Shown: piece after piece, positions 13,276 to 20,000 of the stretch
How the letters are laid out: the number at the start of each line of letters is the position of its first letter
Numbering within the stretch: position 1 is the stretch's first letter
Virus record (IMG/VR): IMGVR_UViG_3300027974_001778
Coordinates: 107,476-127,475 of that record
Direction: 5' to 3' (one strand)
Origin: an uncultured virus (IMG/VR IMGVR_UViG_3300027974_001778)
Taxonomy: Duplodnaviria; Heunggongvirae; Uroviricota; Caudoviricetes
DNA length: 20,000 bases
Translations under genes and position numbers: made by a program
The notes under the pieces: generated by a model
Databases searched by the model: none
Told to the model about the DNA's origin: nothing
What the model saw: only the letters and a program-made list of their open reading frames with translations

Positions 13276-13581
13276 ATGCAAGAAGTAAATTACACAAATC
13301 CAGAAAAAGCAGGTGTAGGACAAAATCCTCAAGACCTAATGAACGCATCTTTAATTTTCGCAAGAGCTTTAGGATTAATCTTAAAGGATGGCGAAGGTAT
13401 TGTAGTTGATGTCGTAGGTGATATCAATTTAGGTGAAGAAGTTAAAAAAGTGATTGTATTTGAACACAAAGACCAAGTACACATTTATAAATGTGAAGAA
13501 GATTTGGTTGAGGGGACTGCAGTAAACATGGACACAAATGAAAAAGGTCCTGAAACGACTGAAGTAGCTGAGGAGGCATAA
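13276..13581 (+). CDS. Hypothetical protein (101 aa)
   Basis: ATG ORF directly after the upstream stop. Confidence 0.75.
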   Translation: MQEVNYTNPEKAGVGQNPQDLMNASLIFARALGLILKDGEGIVVDVVGDINLGEEVKKVIVFEHKDQVHIYKCEEDLVEGTAVNMDTNEKGPETTEVAEEA

Positions 13582-13602
13582 TCTTTTTTAAAAATATATA
13601 AA

Positions 13603-15270
13603 ATGAGGGTACTAGGATTTTCGGTAGGCCATGATAAAGGCGCGGTTATTATTGAGAACGGAAAAGTTGTTGTTGGGATAACCCAAGAAAGACTTTCCAG
13701 AATAAAGCATGATGGTGCATATCAAGGTGGCGTAATACCATTTGAATCAATAAATTATTGTCTAAGCTCTATGGGTATTACACATAGAGATATTGACTAT
13801 TATGTTTATAGTACAACAGAAGTTGAAGATACTGTTTTTAGGCAGTTTTTTGCCAAGTATAGCGACCTTAGAAAAGAAATCTTATATTTCATTCCTCACC
13901 ATTTAGCTCACGCATATTCAGCATTTTTTAGTTCAGGTCTTGAAGAATCTGCAGTTGTTGTTGCGGACGCCTCAGGAAGTATTTTAACCTTTAAAAACAA
14001 ATTAAATCTTTGGTATGAAAAAACCAGAGATGGGTTAGATACCAATGAAGATTGGGCTGAAGGTATATCTATTTTTAAATTTAATAAAACGGAGCATAAT
14101 GAAGTTTATAAAAAATGGATAAAATACCCCGTTCCTCTTGAAACCGATGAATCAACCTCTTTAGGTACAATGTATTCAACAGGTTCATTACAGTTAATTT
14201 ATGAACCTAATAGTCAGACTTGGCCAGCAGGTAAATTAATGGGATTAGCATCTTATGCCGATATGGATATTGTTAATGAAGCTCCTCAATTTGTTCAAGA
14301 ATTAGAAGATGATATTTTTATTTCAAATCATAAAATTTATCCAAAAGTTTCTTGGAAATCTGATTTCTTCTCAAGAGCTTGTGTTGCAGGAATTTACCAA
14401 AGGGAACAAGAAAGAGCCTCAATGATTTTAGCTAAAATGGCTAAAAAGTTCACTGATTCAAAAAATATTTGTGTTGTTGGTGGTTCTTTTTTAAACTGTA
14501 ATTCAAATGAATTAATTTTAAACTCAGGATTATTTGAGAATTGTTACTTCATACCTCCTAGTGATGATAGTGGTATACCATTAGGATGTGCGTGGTACGC
14601 ATATCAAAAAATAACCGATATTGAATCTACAGAACAATTAATCCCATATTTTGGTAAATCTTACGATAAAGAAGATATTTTTACGGCATTAAATCAATTT
14701 CCAAATTTAAAGTACACTGAGTATCAGAACTTTGAAGATTTAACTGAAGAAATTTCATATTCTTTAACTCAAAATAGAGTAGTTGGATGGTTCCAAGGAG
14801 GGTCTGAAATTGGCCCAAGAGCATTAGGTAATCGTTCAATATTAGCGTCACCAATACAATCTTGGATGACAGGCCATATCAATAGTGATATTAAAAAAAG
14901 AGAGTGGTATCGACCATTTGCACCTGCTGTAATGTTTGAACACCAATCTGAAATTTTTGAGTCTTCAGATTATTCTCCTTATATGTTAGTAACAACAACA
15001 GTTAAAGAAGAATGGAGAAATAAAATTCCTGCAGTTACTCACATCGATAATTCCGCAAGACACCAATCAGTTACTGAACAAAATAATCTAAAGTTTTATT
15101 CTTTAATTAATAAATTTTATGATAAGACAGGAGTACCTGTATTACTTAATACAAGTTTTAATGGGCCATCGGAACCTATTGTTGAAACGCCTTTAGACGC
15201 TATTAATACATTTTTGGAAACAAATTTAGACATCTTAGTTATTAATAATATTGTTATTATCCGTGAGTAA
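13603..15270 (+). CDS. O-carbamoyltransferase (NodU/CmcH/TobZ family)
   Basis: GHD..A, QERLSRIKHD, HHLAHAYSAFF, GKLMGLASY, GPRALGNRSILA, KKREWYRPFAP and LLNTSFN motifs. Confidence 0.93.
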   Translation: MRVLGFSVGHDKGAVIIENGKVVVGITQERLSRIKHDGAYQGGVIPFESINYCLSSMGITHRDIDYYVYSTTEVEDTVFRQFFAKYSDLRKEILYFIPHHLAHAYSAFFSSGLEESAVVVADASGSILTFKNKLNLWYEKTRDGLDTNEDWAEGISIFKFNKTEHNEVYKKWIKYPVPLETDESTSLGTMYSTGSLQLIYEPNSQTWPAGKLMGLASYADMDIVNEAPQFVQELEDDIFISNHKIYPKVSWKSDFFSRACVAGIYQREQERASMILAKMAKKFTDSKNICVVGGSFLNCNSNELILNSGLFENCYFIPPSDDSGIPLGCAWYAYQKITDIESTEQLIPYFGKSYDKEDIFTALNQFPNLKYTEYQNFEDLTEEISYSLTQNRVVGWFQGGSEIGPRALGNRSILASPIQSWMTGHINSDIKKREWYRPFAPAVMFEHQSEIFESSDYSPYMLVTTTVKEEWRNKIPAVTHIDNSARHQSVTEQNNLKFYSLINKFYDKTGVPVLLNTSFNGPSEPIVETPLDAINTFLETNLDILVINNIVIIRE

Positions 15271-15333
15271 TATTTTTTTAGTAAATGTTGTGGGTTTAAA
15301 TTAAAATTACTACATTTGTAAAAAATAAAATAC

Positions 15334-16014
15334 ATGAATATAGGACAAGATTTTCAAAACTACTACGTAAAACATTTAGGTAAGTCTTCATTAGACATAC
15401 ACAACTTTTCAAACCATATTGAGTCTTCTATGACTCCGTATATTCTTGAAGAAAGAGAATTAAGAGCAACTCAAATTGACATCTTTTCAAGATTAATGAG
15501 AGATAGAATTTTATGGGTTGCAGGTCCTGTTAATGACCACATGTCCACCATTGTTCAAGCTCAATTAATGTTCTTGGATTCAAACGACAAAGCCGATATC
15601 ACAATGCATATCGATTCTCCTGGTGGAAGTGTTAAATCAGGGTTATCTATGGTTGATGTAATGAATTATATCGCTTGTGATATTAAAACAATTAATACAG
15701 GTATGGCGGCTTCTATGGGTTCTGTATTATTAGGAGCAGGGACTAAAGGTAAAAGAAGTTCATTGAAATTCTCAAGGACTATGTTACACCAATCTTCTGG
15801 TGGAGCTGGAGGTAATATTCAGGACGCAAGAGTTTCATTTAAAGAGTGGGAGAAAATAAACGACACTTTATTTGACTTATTAGGAGAATATTGTGGTAAG
15901 ACAGCTGAACAAGTTAAACTTGACGCAACTCGTGATTTATGGTTGGATAGTCAAGAGGCTTTAGATTATGGTATTATTGACGAAATCGTTAAAACAAAAA
16001 AGAAGGGTATTTAA
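15334..16014 (+). CDS. clpP: ATP-dependent Clp protease proteolytic subunit
   Basis: DIFSRLMRDRI, DSPGGSV, GMAASMGS (catalytic Ser), MLHQ (His), RD..EALDYGIID; TACATTTG promoter at 15311-15318. Confidence 0.96.
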   Translation: MNIGQDFQNYYVKHLGKSSLDIHNFSNHIESSMTPYILEERELRATQIDIFSRLMRDRILWVAGPVNDHMSTIVQAQLMFLDSNDKADITMHIDSPGGSVKSGLSMVDVMNYIACDIKTINTGMAASMGSVLLGAGTKGKRSSLKFSRTMLHQSSGGAGGNIQDARVSFKEWEKINDTLFDLLGEYCGKTAEQVKLDATRDLWLDSQEALDYGIIDEIVKTKKKGI

Positions 16015-16027
16015 CCCTTCTTTTTTT
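15997..16027. terminator. Bidirectional intrinsic terminator between convergent genes
   Basis: AAAAAGAAGGGT/ACCCTTCTTTTT with A and T tracts on both sides. Confidence 0.75.
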
Positions 16028-16100
16028 AGACTTTAGAACACCCCCTTTTTTCTTTTTGTTCACCAGTTTATGAAAATAACTTTTTAATGTTATTTTGGCA

Positions 16101-16820
16101 TTAAGATGTAGCGACTGCAGGTGTTAATGCTTTTTTACCAGCATCTAATAATCCACCAAGTCCACCTCCACTAGAAATATCAGTTTTTAACTTACCATAA
16201 ACATCTGAAGCCTTATCGTTAATTTTTCCAAAAAGACTACAAACAGTAGAACTAAGTTGTTTTTCTAAACTTTCAATAAATTTATAATCTTTAACCGCTC
16301 CACCTAAAGCATTTCTAATAAAAGTATAACCTTGACCCGATAATCCTTTTTCTCTTTGAATCATCATGGCAACAGCCTCAGTTAATGATTCAGCAATTAA
16401 TTTAGTTAACTCTTCACAACTTTTAAGTGCTTTTGCAAGTCTTAACGGATTTGAAGTTATAAATGAAACTAAGAAATCTTTAAAATATCCACCAAGTCCT
16501 ATTGAACTTAAAAGTGAATTAACTAAAGGTTCAACAATTGTTTGAGCAATGCCTCCTAATGAATTTCCAAAGATTTTACCTAAAAAATCCCATACTTGTT
16601 CATTCATTAAACCTTGTTCTTCAAGATAACCAATTTCTTCAAAAAGAGCATAAGCCATTTTTTGTTGCTTTTCTTCAGATAATCTTTTGAATTTTTTGAT
16701 ATTATCTTTTGATTCAATAATCATCATGATTCTACTTTCAACTAATTTTTGCTCAATTAAAAGTTTCTCTTTTCTTTCTTTGGTCTCTAAAATAGACTTC
16801 TTTATTTCTTTTTTTAACAT
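16101..16820 (-). CDS. Hypothetical, probable virion/internal protein
   Basis: Start reassigned to ATG 16820; charged N-terminus with I/L-x-E motifs, amphipathic helices. Confidence 0.7.
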   Translation of the reverse strand: MLKKEIKKSILETKERKEKLLIEQKLVESRIMMIIESKDNIKKFKRLSEEKQQKMAYALFEEIGYLEEQGLMNEQVWDFLGKIFGNSLGGIAQTIVEPLVNSLLSSIGLGGYFKDFLVSFITSNPLRLAKALKSCEELTKLIAESLTEAVAMMIQREKGLSGQGYTFIRNALGGAVKDYKFIESLEKQLSSTVCSLFGKINDKASDVYGKLKTDISSGGGLGGLLDAGKKALTPAVATS

Positions 16821-16830
16821 TGTCTTTTTT

Positions 16831-17832
16831 TTACTGTATTCTCCATTTAGAATCATCACCGTATGACGTTGGGCCACCTTCTTTAACTCCTCTAAGAATG
16901 TCAACGTAATTGTCAATCTTACTTAAAACTCCTCCCCACTTACCATTAAACTCATTCGCACATGCCTGAACTTTTTCTTTCATCGGTTCAAATGCGTTAG
17001 GTTGAATTCTTTTTTTAGTGATGTAAGCTTGGTAATACGCTTCAATAGTATTTTTACAATCTCCTTTACTTGATGGAGTTTGACTTGATACTGCGAGATT
17101 AAATTGTTGTTCAATACTTGAACCGTTTGCACCCACGACATTTTCAGGTGGGAAATACATTACTAAATCTTGAGAGAAATATCCTTCACTTGCAGGACTA
17201 ACGACTCTTGAACTCCATGTCTTTGCCTCTTCAGGGTCTAATTCTTTTCTTAATTTAGCTCCTTTGCCTTTCCATTTTTCAATTACTTTAGTTTGGTCAG
17301 GAGTTAATCCTCCCGTAATTCCACTGCCAGGAACACTTCTATATAATGTCACACCATTAACAACTTTCTTTTCAAACATTAATGGGTTTTCTAAATTTTC
17401 ACGAGTTGTTTTAATGTCTTTAGCTTCTTGCCATCCACCTTCTTGTTGTATTAAAGAAGTATCCGCAGCATTTGCAGCTGCTGTCGCAGCATTTGCTGCT
17501 GCTGCAGTTGCTTGTTGAACTTCTGAACAATCTAATTTACCTGGAAGGAATTGAAATTTGCCACTTCCGTCAAAAATACCTGCTCTTCCGTCTGCAAAGA
17601 AATATCTAACTTTTCCTGGTGTTTTAGTACTCTCTTGTTTAATTGCAAACTGTAATGCAGGATTCTTAGTTTGCATTGTCACAATTTTACCATTCTTTAC
17701 ACATCCATCTGATATTATTTTATTTAATTTACTTTTTAAATCAGAGTCAACTTGTTCTGAAATTAAAGATTTTTTCATTTTGGAATGCATTTCCAAAATT
17801 GATTCTTTATCTATTTGAGTGATATTATACAT
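16831..17832 (-). CDS. Hypothetical, probable virion/internal protein with Ala-rich linker
   Basis: N-terminal KESILEMH...LISEQ; ATAAAANAATAAANAA linker. Confidence 0.75.
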   Translation of the reverse strand: MYNITQIDKESILEMHSKMKKSLISEQVDSDLKSKLNKIISDGCVKNGKIVTMQTKNPALQFAIKQESTKTPGKVRYFFADGRAGIFDGSGKFQFLPGKLDCSEVQQATAAAANAATAAANAADTSLIQQEGGWQEAKDIKTTRENLENPLMFEKKVVNGVTLYRSVPGSGITGGLTPDQTKVIEKWKGKGAKLRKELDPEEAKTWSSRVVSPASEGYFSQDLVMYFPPENVVGANGSSIEQQFNLAVSSQTPSSKGDCKNTIEAYYQAYITKKRIQPNAFEPMKEKVQACANEFNGKWGGVLSKIDNYVDILRGVKEGGPTSYGDDSKWRIQ

Positions 17833-17850
17833 TTTTATATTTTTTTTAAT

Positions 17851-18804
17851 TTAGAAATCATTGCCGTTGATACGTTCTTCTTCCCCTGAAATCTCAGGTT
17901 CAACTACAGCCTTTTCACATATTTTAGTTACGTCAGCATCTGTAAATGTTGTAAATCCTTTACCACTTAATGCCGCTTGAGTTTTTGGACCAAATTTACC
18001 ATCAGTAACTAACCCTAAACATCCTTGTACTTTAGCAATTACATCAGACTTACATCCTTTTGAGTAAGTTCCTGAACAAGATTTATATCCACCTCCTGAG
18101 TTACCACCATCAGTTTTTTTCTGTTCTTCAGGAGTTAATACTATTTCAGTATCTTCAATCATTCCCGCTAAAGGTCTTGTAAACATTTTCCATTCATCAG
18201 GACTATCAGTTAAATCATCTAAAAATTTTAAAAGTCCGCCAGTCACTTTTTTATCTAAAGCACATAAGTCAGGAATTGATTCAACTTTTTGTAATGTAGA
18301 CACAATAGCATCTTCATCATCATTCCAGTTACCTTTGGCGTCTTCAATTTGAAAAGCTAAAGTTCGTATCTCACTTTTTGACATTTTAGGGACCAATTTA
18401 GATACTCCAGGTGCTTGACAAACACTTATTACTTGAGCAAATCCATCTTTACCCTTATCTCCATTTACCATCCAATCAACAAGTTTATATAATCCATAAG
18501 CAGCGACTGCACCTACAGCCGCGGGACCTAAGATACCTACGCTCAATAAAGCACCTCCACCAGCACTAAGTCCAGCTAAAGTTCCTGCACCTCCAGCGAG
18601 ACCAGCTGCATTTGCCGCTGCTGCCGCTCCACCTGCCAAAGCTCCACCTGTCAAAGCTCCTCCTGTTACCGCTCCAACTTCACCTGGTGAAGGTTGTTCG
18701 GAAATTATTTGTCTATTTTCATTCAAAGTTTTTGATGAATCATATTTCATCATTAACTTCATTTTCTCTAAAGCCTCTTCAGGGCTATATTTTGGTTGTA
18801 CCAT
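17851..18804 (-). CDS. Gly/Ala-zipper protein with C-terminal peptidoglycan-binding-like domain
   Basis: TGGALTGGALAGGA repeats and a hydrophobic segment; VQGCLGLVTDGKFGPKTQAAL resembles the PG_binding_1 DGxfGpxT motif. Confidence 0.7.
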   Translation of the reverse strand: MVQPKYSPEEALEKMKLMMKYDSSKTLNENRQIISEQPSPGEVGAVTGGALTGGALAGGAAAAANAAGLAGGAGTLAGLSAGGGALLSVGILGPAAVGAVAAYGLYKLVDWMVNGDKGKDGFAQVISVCQAPGVSKLVPKMSKSEIRTLAFQIEDAKGNWNDDEDAIVSTLQKVESIPDLCALDKKVTGGLLKFLDDLTDSPDEWKMFTRPLAGMIEDTEIVLTPEEQKKTDGGNSGGGYKSCSGTYSKGCKSDVIAKVQGCLGLVTDGKFGPKTQAALSGKGFTTFTDADVTKICEKAVVEPEISGEEERINGNDF

Positions 18805-18836
18805 GTGATGTATTTTATATTATAAATATGTTAATT

Positions 18837-19085
18837 CTACCAAATTTTATTTGCGGCTCCTCTATTAAGGCCAGTTTCCCATTTTTCACCTGCAAGTCCT
18901 AATTTGTTTGCTTTACCTCTTGTTAGAGTGTAAGTGTCAGCCCACTTTGGAATTGAGCCTCCTCCACCTCCTGTTGAGGGTGCTGGTGAGGACGCCGCAG
19001 CGTCTTGTTCTCCCATTTCTCCTTTACTATCTTCGTTAGTGTGCTTCTTAAAAAAATCAATAAGGAAATCTACGTCTAATATCAT
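18837..19085 (-). CDS. Hypothetical protein (82 aa)
   Basis: ATG follows TATTTAT; internal repeat W...LTRGKAN / W...LNRGAAN. Confidence 0.7.
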   Translation of the reverse strand: MILDVDFLIDFFKKHTNEDSKGEMGEQDAAASSPAPSTGGGGGSIPKWADTYTLTRGKANKLGLAGEKWETGLNRGAANKIW

Positions 19086-19133
19086 AGTTATAAATATTTT
19101 GTAGTTTGTAAAAAAAAATATTATATTTGCGAT

Positions 19134-19667
19134 ATGAAAAAACTCTTTTTATTATTGCTCGTTTTAGTTCTAACCTCTTGTGAAAGATATGTTACAGAGA
19201 TTAGAGATTTATCCTTAAGCGGAAAATATGTTGTCTCAAAATTGGAGATTACAAATGTTGACCAAAACGAAACAAGAGATTCGTTGTACCTTCTTGGTAC
19301 AACCTATAATAATACTTTATTACCAAAACCATTTGATAATATTAGAATTAATAATTTTTATGTTCATATGGATTATTCAACCATTAGAATGAAACTATTA
19401 GGTGTAACCCAATCAGGACAAGACATTTGGAAATACGGTTCAAATAATGACCCAATTTTTTACAACACATTTGGAGCAACACCATTTAGTTTTGGGTATA
19501 TGCAATTCAACTACATCACTGATGATGGCTCATCAAGAACAGTAACATTTTTAATTGAAGACGACGGTTTTGAGACTCTTCAATTGAAAAGTTCTGGCGC
19601 ATGGTTTAATGGAAAATTTGGTCAAAAACAAGTTATGACTTTATCCTTAACAAGAGTGGGTCCTTAA
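19134..19667 (+). CDS. Predicted lipoprotein (possibly lipocalin-like beta barrel)
   Basis: MKKLFLLLLVLVLTSC lipobox; LSGKYVV resembles the lipocalin N-terminal G-x-W/Y strand; TATATTTG promoter at 19122-19129. Confidence 0.75.
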   Translation: MKKLFLLLLVLVLTSCERYVTEIRDLSLSGKYVVSKLEITNVDQNETRDSLYLLGTTYNNTLLPKPFDNIRINNFYVHMDYSTIRMKLLGVTQSGQDIWKYGSNNDPIFYNTFGATPFSFGYMQFNYITDDGSSRTVTFLIEDDGFETLQLKSSGAWFNGKFGQKQVMTLSLTRVGP

Positions 19668-19969
19668 TAGAACTCACTCTTTGGTAATGCGTCTGGATTA
19701 ATAGTATAATATTCGTTCAAGAATATAATCAACTCTTCCTCATCTAACTCAATTTTATCTTCCCCTTCCAAGATTTCATCATCTGCGAAATCGTCGTCAA
19801 AAAAATCAAAGGATTCTGACACAAGGTCAAAACCATAATCTTCAACATGAGTATAATCAATGTTGTCAGTTCTCAATACTTCTTCACTATCTTCAATCGT
19901 TCTAAACGAAACATCCAAAACATTGGTGCTAGGGTTTAAGAAGTAGGATATAATTTCTTTAATTTCCAT
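19664..19969 (-). CDS. Acidic hypothetical protein
   Basis: ATG ORF, D/E-rich, convergent with the neighbouring lipoprotein. Confidence 0.75.
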   Translation of the reverse strand: MEIKEIISYFLNPSTNVLDVSFRTIEDSEEVLRTDNIDYTHVEDYGFDLVSESFDFFDDDFADDEILEGEDKIELDEEELIIFLNEYYTINPDALPKSEFY

Positions 19970-20000
19970 AATAAGTTAATTTATAAACAAATATGCTTAA

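Noticed and set aside
17264..18902. Plus-strand ORFs 17264-17518, 17558-17818 and 18612-18902 (also 12911-13168, 15117-15335, 5529-5729, 6268-6465)
   Set aside because: They are shadow or out-of-frame ORFs within longer, better-supported genes.
1..20000. Stop-codon recoding or suppressor tRNAs
   Set aside because: Long genes are intact in code 11, TAG and TGA both end genes, and no CTA, TCA or TTA anticodon was found.

Overview
AT-rich segment of what is most likely a jumbo/huge tailed phage infecting Bacteroidetes. This is inferred from repeated TTTG-N18-20-TAnnTTTG promoters, lipoproteins, and auxiliary genes such as ClpP, a carbamoyltransferase and a GH73 enzyme. Bases 1-8430 hold 20 minus-strand tRNA genes, interleaved with small ORFs and many stem-closed, GC-richer structured spacers that may be ncRNAs. 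The key observation is that two tRNA operons each sit behind a short leader ORF plus an antiterminator/terminator pair, and the leader codons match the amino acids of the tRNAs downstream. Leader 8487-8585 (NTNTNLDTPTTPNGDGGT) precedes tRNA-Pro/Asn/Asp/Gly/Thr. Leader 4076-4186 (IKHTVFSQQQETCWYERMQ) precedes tRNA-Glu/Val/Phe/Cys/Trp/Tyr/Ile2/Gln/Arg/Met/His. This suggests ribosome-stalling attenuation that senses tRNA shortage or destruction and induces the phage's replacement tRNAs. The right half encodes a HAD-MTase-MTase fusion, an HNH nuclease, a carbamoyltransferase, ClpP and probable virion proteins. All calls were made by eye; no database searches were run.
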